Below the pieces are notes generated by a model that was not told the origin of the DNA, ran no database searches, and worked only from the letters and a program-made list of their open reading frames with translations. The translations under genes and the position numbers were made by a program. From the NCBI GenBank assembly GCA_040830765.1, contig JBFOMH010000004.1, positions 96,001-160,000 of the forward strand: 64,000 nucleotides of DNA. The letters run 5' to 3'. Source of the DNA: Puniceicoccaceae bacterium (GTDB taxonomy: Bacteria; Verrucomicrobiota; Verrucomicrobiia; Opitutales; Oceanipulchritudinaceae). Shown here in pieces: positions 18,698 through 28,041 of this stretch; the first letter of the stretch is position 1; each line of letters starts with the position of its first letter.

Positions 18698-19354
18698 TTA
18701 ACGTACGAGGCAATGTACCCCGAAGGAACGGGTTTGGCTAACATTTCCATCCGAAATCTTGGCCGAAAGGCGGAGGAACTCGGTGGCTTTCGTGGCAAGG
18801 TTCTTGGGGGTTATCTTGAGGCGGTAGCTTCCGGCACTTTCCTCACTCAGTTCGGCATCAAACATTTTGGTCGCCCTTTCAGGGAGGCTTACCTCGACCA
18901 TCCTGCCCTCCGGTATCGTGACGGATATTTCCCGGGTTGAAACCGGCTCATCCATTGTCCATCGCAAGACCCGCGGCTCAATCTTCAACCACTCGGGAAT
19001 GTGGGTGGTCATGGTGAGGACGTAGGTCTCCACGGATGGACTGGTCGTCCTGACCGTAATCCGCTTCGTCTGTTTTCCGACCCGGGAACCAAAGGTGAAG
19101 ACGGCCTTGATATCGCCACTTTCGCCGGGTTGGTATACCAGTTTTTCCAGTTTGGGGACCGTGCAGCCGCAGGATGACGTTGGATTGATCAAGGTCACGG
19201 CTTCTTCACCGGTATTGGTAAACCGGAAAACCGCCTCCGCCTTCTGGTCCATCAGGGAGGGATTGTTGACGATTTCCGTCTGCTCAAATTCCAGCGCCGC
19301 CTGGGCGACAAAGGTCCCCAGGATGAGGGAGGTGATAACAAGGGCTAATCTCAT
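18698..19354 (-). CDS. Secreted DUF1573-like Ig-fold protein
   Basis: Signal peptide; F.FTNTG, SSCGCT and PGESG motifs. Confidence 0.8.
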   Translation of the reverse strand: MRLALVITSLILGTFVAQAALEFEQTEIVNNPSLMDQKAEAVFRFTNTGEEAVTLINPTSSCGCTVPKLEKLVYQPGESGDIKAVFTFGSRVGKQTKRITVRTTSPSVETYVLTMTTHIPEWLKIEPRVLRWTMDEPVSTREISVTIPEGRMVEVSLPERATKMFDAELSEESAGSYRLKITPKNLATKATEFLRLSAKISDGNVSQTRSFGVHCLVR

Positions 19355-19374
19355 GTCTACTATCCTTTGTTGGT

Positions 19375-20361
19375 TCAGTCTGTTAATTCATCAAGCAACG
19401 GCGCCAGCCAAGATGCCTCTTGCTGGTACCAGTCAACCAGGGCCCTGAAGCCGGCCTGAGGGGGAGTTTCCGGTTCCCAATCAAGCAGCCGCCGGGCCTT
19501 TGAAATATCTGCAGAGGTATCTCGCATGTCGGCGGGATTCCATGCCTGTTGGTCAATTAGAGCCTTTTTCCCGGTATACTGTTCAATCAGCTCGATCATG
19601 TAATTGATCGAGACCGGCTCATTGCCCCCGCCGAGGTTGATGATTTCGTATCCCAGCGGCTTCAAGGCAGCCACCGTCCCGGAGGCAATGTCGTCGACGT
19701 AGGTGAAGTCGCGCCGCTGCTCACCGTCACCATAAAGGGGGAAGGATTTTCCGCTGGCAATGCGGTGGACAAATTTCAGGGGCGACATGTCCGGTCGCCC
19801 GGCCGGCCCATAGACCGTGAAATAACGGACAAGGGAAACATCAAGACCATGCAGGTGATGGTAGGTGTAGGTCATGACTTCCGAAGCCTTCTTGGCCGCG
19901 GCATAGGGGGACAAGGGGCGGTCCACCGGCTGGTCCTCACTGAACGGAGCCGGCTGGCCGGCATAGACCGATGAAGAGGAAGCCTGGACCAGTTTCTTGA
20001 CCCCGAACCGGACCATCGTGTCCATGAGCCCGACAAGTGCGGTCAGGTTGGTCTCCAGATACAATTGCGGCTGCTCAATGGAAGGACGGACACCGGCACG
20101 GGCAGCCAGATTGATGACCGCGTCCGGTTGGTGCTCCTGGAAAAGCCGGTCCAGGAGAGCGGTGTCCCCCAATTCGCCGTGAATAAACCGGAAGTTCTCC
20201 CCGCCCTGCTCCTCGAGTTGGCGAACCCGCCAGTTCTTCAGCTCGACCGGATAATAGTCATTGAGGTTATCGAGCCCGATTATGGAATGTCCCTCACCCA
20301 GCAAGCGCTCGCCGGTCTTCCAGCCGACAAATCCCGCGCATCCGGTGAGCAAAATCTTCAT
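19375..20361 (-). CDS. NAD-dependent epimerase, UDP-glucuronate 4-epimerase-like
   Basis: GCAGFVG, DNLNDYY, LAARAGVRPS, SPYAAAKK and YFTVYGPAGRPDM. Confidence 0.88.
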   Translation of the reverse strand: MKILLTGCAGFVGWKTGERLLGEGHSIIGLDNLNDYYPVELKNWRVRQLEEQGGENFRFIHGELGDTALLDRLFQEHQPDAVINLAARAGVRPSIEQPQLYLETNLTALVGLMDTMVRFGVKKLVQASSSSVYAGQPAPFSEDQPVDRPLSPYAAAKKASEVMTYTYHHLHGLDVSLVRYFTVYGPAGRPDMSPLKFVHRIASGKSFPLYGDGEQRRDFTYVDDIASGTVAALKPLGYEIINLGGGNEPVSINYMIELIEQYTGKKALIDQQAWNPADMRDTSADISKARRLLDWEPETPPQAGFRALVDWYQQEASWLAPLLDELTD

Positions 20362-20380
20362 AAAACATACGAATTAACCA

Positions 20381-21328
20381 TCAGGACCGCAGACGTCCAG
20401 CTTCCACGGAGGAGAGGAAATCCGCATAGGCGTTGGCAAGCCCCTCCTGAAGGGAGATTCGTGGCTTCCAGCCCAGTTCCCGGATGAGAGTGTTGTCCAT
20501 TAACTTCCGCATGGTCCCGTCCGGCTTGGAGGTATCGAGGGTAATGGTTCCCTCATAGCCAACGGTCGCAGCGACCTGCTGGGCCAGATCGTGGATACTG
20601 ACATCCTCGCCATAGCCGATATTGACCCAGTCGGGCGGGTCCTCGAGCTCCATCAGATAAAGAAGCCCCTCGGCCAGGTCATCCACATGCAGGAATTCCC
20701 GCCGCGGCTTGCCCGTTCCCCAAATGGCGACTTCCGGCAAGCCGGATTCCCTGGCCTCATGGAAGCGTCGGATAAGTGCCGGGAGGACATGGGAATTCTC
20801 CGGGTGGTAATTGTCGCCCGGGCCGTAGAGGTTGGTCGGCATGGCGGAGTGGAAGAGGACCCCGTACTGGCGGCGGAGGTAGGAGCAATACTTCAGACCG
20901 GAAATCTTCGCCAGGGCGTAGGCTTCGTTGGTCTTCTCAAGGGGTGACGTCAGAAGGCACTCTTCCGGCATCGGCTGGGGTGCCTCGCGGGGATAGATAC
21001 AGGAGGAACCAAGGAAAAGAAACCGCTTCACGCCGTTGCGCCAGGCCGCGTTGATGACGTTCATCTCCGCCATCAGGTTCTCGTACATGAACTCCGAGGG
21101 ATAGGTGTTGTTGGCGTGGATGCCACCCACCTTGGCGGCAGCGAATATCACGAGTTCCGGTTTTTCGGCAGCAAAGAAATCGTCCACATCCGCCTGCACC
21201 GTCAGGTCGAGTTCCTGCCGGGTCCGGGCCACCAGATTCGTGTAGCCCCTGGCATCCAGAGCCCGGCAAACCGCGGAGCCGACCATACCCCGGTGGCCGG
21301 AAACGTAGATTTTGTCCGTCTTGTTCAT
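20381..21328 (-). CDS. fcl: GDP-L-fucose synthase
   Basis: [43 protein letters not shown] and SHVLPAL. Confidence 0.95.
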   Translation of the reverse strand: MNKTDKIYVSGHRGMVGSAVCRALDARGYTNLVARTRQELDLTVQADVDDFFAAEKPELVIFAAAKVGGIHANNTYPSEFMYENLMAEMNVINAAWRNGVKRFLFLGSSCIYPREAPQPMPEECLLTSPLEKTNEAYALAKISGLKYCSYLRRQYGVLFHSAMPTNLYGPGDNYHPENSHVLPALIRRFHEARESGLPEVAIWGTGKPRREFLHVDDLAEGLLYLMELEDPPDWVNIGYGEDVSIHDLAQQVAATVGYEGTITLDTSKPDGTMRKLMDNTLIRELGWKPRISLQEGLANAYADFLSSVEAGRLRS

Positions 21329-21342
21329 CCGTCTTTTTTATT

Positions 21343-21443
21343 AACCACGGAATACACGGAATACACAGAATTCATATAAGATAATTGGGGTGGAGATTTT
21401 TCGAAGGAATCGGATTTCCGTATTTTTCGTGTATTCCGTGGTT
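21343..21443. repeat. Intergenic inverted repeat built from 9-bp tandem units (CACGGAATA)
   Basis: Left arm AACCACGGAATACACGGAATACACAGAA (21343-21370); right arm TTCCGTATTTTTCGTGTATTCCGTGGTT (about 21416-21443); flanked by T and A runs. Confidence 0.85.
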
Positions 21444-21456
21444 TAAAAAATCACCC

Positions 21457-22527
21457 CTACCAGCCCTTCTTTTCGACGCTGGCGATGTCGGCCTCGGTCA
21501 TGATCTTCACCAGGTCGGTGAACTTCGTCTTTGGCTCCCAGCCTAGCTCGCGCTTGGCCTTGGCCGGGTCACCGATGAGCAGGTCAACTTCCGCGGGACG
21601 GTAATATTCGGGATCGACCGCCACCCGGACAACGCCCTGGTCATCACGGCCGACCTCGTTTTCTTCACTGCCCTCCCAGGTAATGTTGATACCGGCATGC
21701 TTGAAGGAGAGCTCGGCAAATTCACGAACCGTGTGGGTTTCGTTGGTCGCCAGGACAAAGTCGTCCGGCTCATCATTCTGGAGAATGCGCCACATGCCCT
21801 CGGTGTATTCCGGAGCGTAGCCCCAATCCCGCTTGGCATCGAGGTTGCCAAGGCGCAGCTGTTCCTGCAGCCCCAGCTTGATCCGGGCGACGGTGCGGGT
21901 GATCTTGCGGGTGACAAAACTTTCCCCACGACGCGGTGATTCGTGGTTGAAAAGGATGCCATTGGAGGCATGGATGCCGTAGGATTCGCGGTAATTGACA
22001 ATGATCCAGTAGGCGTAGAGCTTGGCCACGCCGTAGGGGGAACGCGGATAGAAGGGCGTCGTCTCATCCTGGGGAACCGCCTGGACCTTGCCATAGAGCT
22101 CGGAGGTGGAGGCCTGATAGAAGCGGACCTTGTCCTTGAGGCCGACTTCCTTGATGGCGTCGAGGAAGCGAAGGGTGCCCACGGCATCCACTTCAGCGGT
22201 GTACTCCGGAACATCGAATGATACCTTGACGTGCGACTGGGCACCGAGGTTGTAGATCTCCTCCGGACCGATGTTTTCCAGCAACCGGTTCAGGTTGGAG
22301 GAATCCGTCAGGTCGCCGTAATGGAGGAAAAGCCGCTTGCCGCGGATTTCCGGATCCAGGTTAAGGTGTTCAATCCGGCCCCAGTTGAAGGAACTGCTGC
22401 GACGGACGATGCCGTGGACGATGTAGCCCTTGTCCAGCAATTGCTCCGTCAGGTAGGAACCATCCTGGCCGGTGATACCCGTTATCAGGGCCACCCGGCC
22501 CTCATAGGATTTTGATGTGTCAGACAT
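21457..22527 (-). CDS. gmd: GDP-mannose 4,6-dehydratase
   Basis: [30 protein letters not shown] and [17 protein letters not shown]. Confidence 0.97.
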   Translation of the reverse strand: MSDTSKSYEGRVALITGITGQDGSYLTEQLLDKGYIVHGIVRRSSSFNWGRIEHLNLDPEIRGKRLFLHYGDLTDSSNLNRLLENIGPEEIYNLGAQSHVKVSFDVPEYTAEVDAVGTLRFLDAIKEVGLKDKVRFYQASTSELYGKVQAVPQDETTPFYPRSPYGVAKLYAYWIIVNYRESYGIHASNGILFNHESPRRGESFVTRKITRTVARIKLGLQEQLRLGNLDAKRDWGYAPEYTEGMWRILQNDEPDDFVLATNETHTVREFAELSFKHAGINITWEGSEENEVGRDDQGVVRVAVDPEYYRPAEVDLLIGDPAKAKRELGWEPKTKFTDLVKIMTEADIASVEKKGW

Positions 22528-22540
22528 TTTTAAATATGGA

Positions 22541-23845
22541 TTAGAGCGCGCGGATCATTCCCCCCGCCAACGTTTCATGCGTAAATGGATCCACTAGAAC
22601 AAGCGATCCGGTAATTCGGTTTCGGGAATACTCATCCACAAAGAGTGGACTCGCAACCCGTAAGTGAATTCGGGCGATCTCGTTCAGCCCAACTTCCGGC
22701 TCATCCTCGACCTTGTGCAGGGTATTGACGTTGACCTTGTACTGGACCGATTTCACGGCCGCCTTCACTTCCCTGCTGGTATGGCGGATGAAGAGCTTGT
22801 CGCCCGCCTTGAGTTTCCGCTTCTCGGAAAACCAGCAGATCATGCAGTCGATCTCCTGCTCCACCCGGGGCTTGTTGTTGGGCTTGACCAGCATGTCGCC
22901 GCGGGAGATGTCGATCTCGTCCTGCAGGGTGATGGCGCAGGAGTGCGGATGGAATGCTTCCTCAAGCTCCCCGTCATGGGAGTGGATGGCCTTGATCTTG
23001 GAGGTGAACCCGGACGGCAGGACCATCACCTCGTCCCCCGGCTTGAAGACACCGCCAGCCACCTTGCCGGCATAGCCCCGGAAATCGTGCCATTCATTGG
23101 AATGCGGACGGATGACCCACTGGACCGGGAACCGGGCATCGACATGGTTGGCATCCGGCCCGATGTAGACCGTCTCCAAGTGGTAAAGCAGGGAGGACCC
23201 CTGGTACCAGGGCATGTTCTCGGACTTGCTGACCACATTGTCCCCCAGCAGGGCGGAAATCGGCATAAAGGTGATTTGCGGGATGTCGAGCCGGGACGCG
23301 AAGTCCTTGTAGTCATCGACAATCTCGTTGAAGCGCTCCTCGGACCAGTCGACGAGGTCCATCTTGTTCACCGCCACAACCACGTGCTCGATCTGCAGCA
23401 GGGAGGCGATGAAGGAGTGACGGCAGGTCTGCTCAATGACCCCGTTGCGGGCATCAACCAGGATGATGGCCAGGTTGGCCGTGGAGGCCCCGGTGACCAT
23501 GTTGCGGGTATACTGGATGTGGCCCGGGGTATCCGCGATGATGAACTTGCGCTTCGGAGTGGCGAAGTAGCGGTAGGCCACGTCGATGGTAATCCCCTGC
23601 TCGCGTTCCGCCCGAAGCCCGTCTGTCAGCAGGGCCAGATTGACGTTCTCGTCACCCCGTTGCTTGGAACTGCGTTCCACCGCTTCCAGCTGGTCCTCGA
23701 AAATGGTCTTGGTGTCGTACATCAGCCGCCCGATGAGGGTCGACTTTCCGTCGTCAACCGAGCCCGCGGTGGTGAACCGGAGCAATTCCATGTCGAGGTA
23801 GGAGTCCTTCTCCTTTGCCTGTTTGTCTTGATTAACTGAAGTCAT
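22541..23845 (-). CDS. cysN: Sulfate adenylyltransferase GTPase subunit 1 (no fused APS kinase)
   Basis: [40 protein letters not shown] and NKMD. Confidence 0.96.
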   Translation of the reverse strand: MTSVNQDKQAKEKDSYLDMELLRFTTAGSVDDGKSTLIGRLMYDTKTIFEDQLEAVERSSKQRGDENVNLALLTDGLRAEREQGITIDVAYRYFATPKRKFIIADTPGHIQYTRNMVTGASTANLAIILVDARNGVIEQTCRHSFIASLLQIEHVVVAVNKMDLVDWSEERFNEIVDDYKDFASRLDIPQITFMPISALLGDNVVSKSENMPWYQGSSLLYHLETVYIGPDANHVDARFPVQWVIRPHSNEWHDFRGYAGKVAGGVFKPGDEVMVLPSGFTSKIKAIHSHDGELEEAFHPHSCAITLQDEIDISRGDMLVKPNNKPRVEQEIDCMICWFSEKRKLKAGDKLFIRHTSREVKAAVKSVQYKVNVNTLHKVEDEPEVGLNEIARIHLRVASPLFVDEYSRNRITGSLVLVDPFTHETLAGGMIRAL

Positions 23846-23866
23846 GCAAAAATTCCTCGAAATGGA

Positions 23867-24775
23867 TTAAAAGTAGCCCTGCTTCTTGCGGTCTTCCATC
23901 GCCGTCTCCGAGCGGCGGTCATCCGCCCGGGTGCCGCGCTCGGTTTGTCGGGCCGCGGCCACTTCGGCAATGATGTCGTCCAGCGAATTGGCGGCCGACT
24001 CGGTACAGCCGGTGCAGGTGGCGTCCCCGACCGTGCGGAAGCGAACCACTTTCTCTGCTACCTCCTCATCGTCCTGGACGGTAATGAAGTCGGTCACCGC
24101 CATAATGGTGCCGCCGCGCTCGATGACCGGACGTTTGTGGGAGAAGTAGATGCTCGGCAGGTCGATATTCTCCCGCTTGATGTACTGCCAGACGTCCATT
24201 TCCGTCCAGTTGGAGAGCGGGAAGACCCGGAAGTGCTCCCCGGGGTTCATCTTGCCATTGAACAGATTCCACAGCTCCGGGCGCTGGTTCTTTGGATCCC
24301 ACTGGCCAAAGTCGTCCCGGTGCGAGAAGAAGCGTTCCTTGGCCCGCGCCTTTTCCTCGTCGCGGCGGGCACCGCCAATGGCCGCATCAAAGTTGTTTTC
24401 CTCAATGGCGTCGAGGAGGGTCACCGTCTGCAGGCCGTTGCGCGAGGCATTGGGGCCCTTCTCCTCGACCACCCGGCCCTGGTCAATCGAGTCCTGGACG
24501 GAAGCCACCACAAGGCGCGCCCCCATGTCCGCGACAAAGCGGTCCCGGAATTCGATCGTCTCCGGGAAATTGTGGCCGGTGTCGACGTGCATCAAAGGAA
24601 AGGGCACCTTGGCCGGCCAGAAGGCCTTCTTCGCCAGGTGCGCCACGACAATGGAGTCCTTCCCGCCCGAAAATAACAGAACTGGGTTCTGGAACTGCGC
24701 CGCAACCTCCCGTAAAATGAAGATCGCTTCCGATTCCAGGTGCTCCAAGTGGGTGACCGTGTAGGATTTGTGCAT
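23867..24775 (-). CDS. cysD: Sulfate adenylyltransferase subunit 2
   Basis: LESEAIFILREV, FSGGKDS, GGARRDEEKARAKER and MEDRKKQGYF. ATG 24775 preferred as the start. Confidence 0.96.
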   Translation of the reverse strand: MHKSYTVTHLEHLESEAIFILREVAAQFQNPVLLFSGGKDSIVVAHLAKKAFWPAKVPFPLMHVDTGHNFPETIEFRDRFVADMGARLVVASVQDSIDQGRVVEEKGPNASRNGLQTVTLLDAIEENNFDAAIGGARRDEEKARAKERFFSHRDDFGQWDPKNQRPELWNLFNGKMNPGEHFRVFPLSNWTEMDVWQYIKRENIDLPSIYFSHKRPVIERGGTIMAVTDFITVQDDEEVAEKVVRFRTVGDATCTGCTESAANSLDDIIAEVAAARQTERGTRADDRRSETAMEDRKKQGYF

Positions 24776-24810
24776 AAGCCGTCTAATCTGTGGTTTATTA
24801 GGTAAAATAG

Positions 24811-25425
24811 TCAAGAACCAATGCGGTCCGGCGATTGGCGGGCTTCCAGCTGCTTGAGGAGGGCCTGAACGGACTGCTCGACGGAAGCGGATTCGGTATC
24901 GAGGACGAGGACCGGATCGCCATCAATTGGTTCCTCAAAGGCGGAGTCCTTGCCGGTGAAATTGGCGATTTTGCCGGCCTGGGCCTTCTTGTAGAGGCCC
25001 TTGGGATCGCGCTGGGCGCAGGTCTCGAAGCTGGCCTTGACGAAGACCTCGACAAAATCGGCCTCCCCGACGACAGAGCGGGCGAGCTGGCGCAATTCGC
25101 GGGTGGGACAGATAAAGGAAGTGATGGTGATGACGCCGGAATGGAGGTAAAGCTTGGCCACCTCAGCAATGCGGCGGATATTCTCCGCCCGGTCCTCGTC
25201 GGTAAAGCCGAGGTTGGCATTGAGCCCGGTGCGGATGTTGTCCCCGTCGAGAATCTGGGTCATGTAGCCGGCCTTGTTGAGCTCCCGTTCAAAGGCGTTG
25301 GCAATGGTGGACTTCCCGGACCCGGACAGGCCATAGAGCCAGAAAACGACGGATCGCTGCTTCAGAAGCGCCTCCTTGTCGGGCCTTCCCAGCATACGGT
25401 GGAACTCTGGATGAATATTATCCAT
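24811..25425 (-). CDS. cysC: Adenylyl-sulfate (APS) kinase
   Basis: GLSGSGKST, LDGDNIRTGL, ENIRRIAEVA and RDPKGLY. Confidence 0.96.
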   Translation of the reverse strand: MDNIHPEFHRMLGRPDKEALLKQRSVVFWLYGLSGSGKSTIANAFERELNKAGYMTQILDGDNIRTGLNANLGFTDEDRAENIRRIAEVAKLYLHSGVITITSFICPTRELRQLARSVVGEADFVEVFVKASFETCAQRDPKGLYKKAQAGKIANFTGKDSAFEEPIDGDPVLVLDTESASVEQSVQALLKQLEARQSPDRIGS

Positions 25426-25514
25426 AAAAAGGAAGCTCTCCTTTCTTTGCGTTTAGAGGAAAGGGTCAAACCCTTAGTGACAGGCAGATCCGCCTTACAT
25501 TCCTCTTACAATTC

Positions 25515-25627
25515 AAAGGAGTCGGGCCTTCAGGCCCGGTAGCGTCATCAAAATCTTGCCACCGGGACAGCTGGTGATTCTGTGAGAGGGGTATAGGCAC
25601 AACCGGGCCTGAAGGCCCGACTCCTTT
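25515..25627. repeat. REP-doublet (REPIN-like) element: perfect 26-bp inverted repeats around a 61-bp spacer
   Basis: AAAGGAGTCGGGCCTTCAGGCCCGGT (25515-25540) and its exact reverse complement (25602-25627); each arm carries the hairpin CGGGCCT-TC-AGGCCCG. Confidence 0.8.
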
Positions 25628-25641
25628 ATCTCATTAGAATT

Positions 25642-26784
25642 ATGGAATCCGGATTTATCGAGTCGATGCTGTCCTCTGGGGTGGGGCCGTTCACCCTGGG
25701 CCAGTTGTTGTTAAGCTTCGCCATTGTCCTCTTGACCCTGTTTCTCCGGGGTCTGCTGACAAAAACCATCTTCGCCAGCCTGAAGCGATTGGCCGCGCGC
25801 ACCCGCTGGGAGCATGACGACCGCTTCCTCGAGGCCCTCGAAAAGCCCACCTCCTCTTTTATCCTGATCCTCGGGATCTACCTGGCTGTTGTCGTCCTGC
25901 CGCTGGACGAGGAATGGATGGATGTGATCGACACCCTATTCCGGGGCATCTCCATATTCATCGTCTTCTGGGGCCTGTTCCGCCTTGCCGATGTCCTTGT
26001 GGACGTCATGGCCTCCGTCTCGAGCGCCAGCGGAAATGACAGTTTCCGGGGTTTCGGCAACCTGGTGAAGAAATCCCTGCGGGTCTTCATTATCATTGTT
26101 GGTGTGGTGATGGTCATCGATAACCTCGGCTACAACATCGGCGGCATCCTGGCGACCCTCGGGATTGGCGGTGCGGCCTTTGCCTTTGCCGCCAAGGACA
26201 CCATCGCCAACCTCTACGGCTCGATTGCCCTGGCACTGGACCGGCCCTTCCGCGTCGGCGACTGGATCCAGGTTGGCAGTGTGGTCGATGGTGATGTTGA
26301 GGAAATCGGCCTTCGCTCGACGAAGGTCCGCACCTGGCCCAAGACGGTCATTTCCATCCCCAATGCGGTGCTTGCCAATGAGATGATCAACAACTGGTCG
26401 CGGATGCCGAAGCGGCGCATCAAGCAGGTGGTCGGGGTGACCTACGAAACCAGCCCGGACACGATGGAAGAAATCGTCGAGTCCATCCGGGAAGTCCTGC
26501 GCAACGACGAAGACGTGAATCAGGACTTTATCCTCGTCAACTGGACGGATTTCGGGAGCAGCTCCCTCGACATCCTCGTGTATTACTTCACCACGACCAC
26601 GAAGTGGCTCGAACACATGGACATCCGCCAGCGGATCAACGTCAAGATTGCCAAGGTAGTCGCAGCCCATGGTTCCAGCGTGGCCTTCCCGACCCGGACG
26701 CTTTACCTGGAGGGGGATGTCGCCCGGCAGTTGGCAGGGGGTATCGAGTTGCCCAATGATGCCGGGCCGCAAGCACCTCATTGA
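25642..26784 (+). CDS. Small-conductance mechanosensitive channel (MscS family)
   Basis: LGIGGAAFAFAAKDTIAN, RPFRVGDWI, EEIGLRSTKVRT and AFPTRT. Confidence 0.93.
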   Translation: MESGFIESMLSSGVGPFTLGQLLLSFAIVLLTLFLRGLLTKTIFASLKRLAARTRWEHDDRFLEALEKPTSSFILILGIYLAVVVLPLDEEWMDVIDTLFRGISIFIVFWGLFRLADVLVDVMASVSSASGNDSFRGFGNLVKKSLRVFIIIVGVVMVIDNLGYNIGGILATLGIGGAAFAFAAKDTIANLYGSIALALDRPFRVGDWIQVGSVVDGDVEEIGLRSTKVRTWPKTVISIPNAVLANEMINNWSRMPKRRIKQVVGVTYETSPDTMEEIVESIREVLRNDEDVNQDFILVNWTDFGSSSLDILVYYFTTTTKWLEHMDIRQRINVKIAKVVAAHGSSVAFPTRTLYLEGDVARQLAGGIELPNDAGPQAPH

Positions 26785-26788
26785 TCTT

Positions 26789-27601
26789 TTGGAAATTCCC
26801 GCACATCAATTGCCAACGGATGACCGGAGCCCCTTTCAGCGGGCCATGGCCGTCTTCCGGCGAAAGCATTTCAGTCCCTTCAAGGCCTATATCCGGCGGG
26901 ACCTTGGCCTCGCCGTCTGCCTCAACCCGAAGGTCGGCTCGACCGCTTTCCGGTCCATCCTCGTCGAGGGTCTGAAGCGGCATGACCAGGCCCCCCTGCG
27001 GGGCAAGCTGTGGCCGCTGAATGAGACCCGGCGTTACATGACCGCCCCGGTCCGGGACTATTTCCACGCCTTCGGACAGCCGGAGGCCTATGAATTCTTC
27101 TGCTTTGTCCGCAATCCCTACGCACGGGTTATCTCCGCCTGGAATGACAAGATGGTCCGGGGACATCGGGAGGGCTACTCCCGCAGCATGAAAGGGCTGG
27201 TCCCCGTTATCAAGCAGTGGGCGGCCAAAGAGGGCCTGCCGGGTTCGGAACCAGAGGAGGTGGTCCCCTTCCCTACCTTCCTCAGCTACGTCGAATCCAA
27301 GCCGGAGGGACAGCGCAACCAGCATTGGGATTCGCAGGTGCTGGTTCTTGGAGCTGACCTTATCACCTTCAAGGGGGTTTATGACATCGGGACCGAATTT
27401 GCTGAAGGCATGTGTGAGGTCCTTTCCCGTATTGGCATCGACCGGGATTGGGTGGCTGAAAAAGTGGCCCGGCCGCAAAACGCCAGCGGGGCCATCCGGG
27501 AACCAGTGCTCGATGAGGCTCTGGCTGAACGGGTTTACCAGATCTACAAGCGGGACTTCGACCATTTCGGGTTTGATCCCGAATCCTGGCGCGGCAAGTA
27601 A
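26789..27601 (+). CDS. Carbohydrate sulfotransferase (Sulfotransfer_2 type)
   Basis: 5'-PSB-like NPKVGST, 3'-PB-like FVRNPYARVISAW, HWDSQ and Y..DF..FGF. Start uncertain (TTG 26789 or ATG 26846); the track start at 26669 overlaps mscS too far. Confidence 0.82.
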   Translation: MEIPAHQLPTDDRSPFQRAMAVFRRKHFSPFKAYIRRDLGLAVCLNPKVGSTAFRSILVEGLKRHDQAPLRGKLWPLNETRRYMTAPVRDYFHAFGQPEAYEFFCFVRNPYARVISAWNDKMVRGHREGYSRSMKGLVPVIKQWAAKEGLPGSEPEEVVPFPTFLSYVESKPEGQRNQHWDSQVLVLGADLITFKGVYDIGTEFAEGMCEVLSRIGIDRDWVAEKVARPQNASGAIREPVLDEALAERVYQIYKRDFDHFGFDPESWRGK

Positions 27602-27604
27602 ACC

Positions 27605-27997
27605 TTACCGCTTTCCCCGCGGGCCACGGGGCAGGTCGGGACCCTGTTCCTTGAAGAGCGGCCCCTTGATGACGGAGTCAGCGTAGGCATTTTCCTGCCA
27701 CTCCCGGTAATTCCAGAGGAGCAACGTCACGAGGATGGACCCGAAGATCAGGCTGTAGCTGCAGAGCCGCTTGAATTCCGGCTCCAGCTTGAGCTTGGCC
27801 TCTTGCTTGGCCAGAAGGGCGGTCGCCACGATGGGCAGGATGAAGACCAGCGGACCCCAGATGCCAATGGTCCGCAAGGGGGCCCGCATGAGACCGGCAA
27901 ACGATGACCCCATCACCGCCATGGCAAAGACAACGGAGAAGATCAGGCTGCGGCCACGAAGACCTTTCCACAGGGCTCGGAGGGAAATTGGGGTCAT
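27605..27997 (-). CDS. Hypothetical membrane protein (about 3 TM)
   Basis: 130-aa ORF with three hydrophobic segments, filling the gap. Confidence 0.7.
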   Translation of the reverse strand: MTPISLRALWKGLRGRSLIFSVVFAMAVMGSSFAGLMRAPLRTIGIWGPLVFILPIVATALLAKQEAKLKLEPEFKRLCSYSLIFGSILVTLLLWNYREWQENAYADSVIKGPLFKEQGPDLPRGPRGKR

Positions 27998-28041
27998 TTC
28001 ACTTCAAGCAAAGAATCAACCAGCCTTTTTGTCCAGTTGCT

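Noticed and set aside
17623..21443. Repeat arrays considered as CRISPR
   Set aside because: Units are 6 or 9 bp, tandem and inverted, with no unique spacers and no cas genes.
22664..25542. Long plus-strand ORFs over cysN, cysD and cysC
   Set aside because: Antisense shadows of highly conserved genes.
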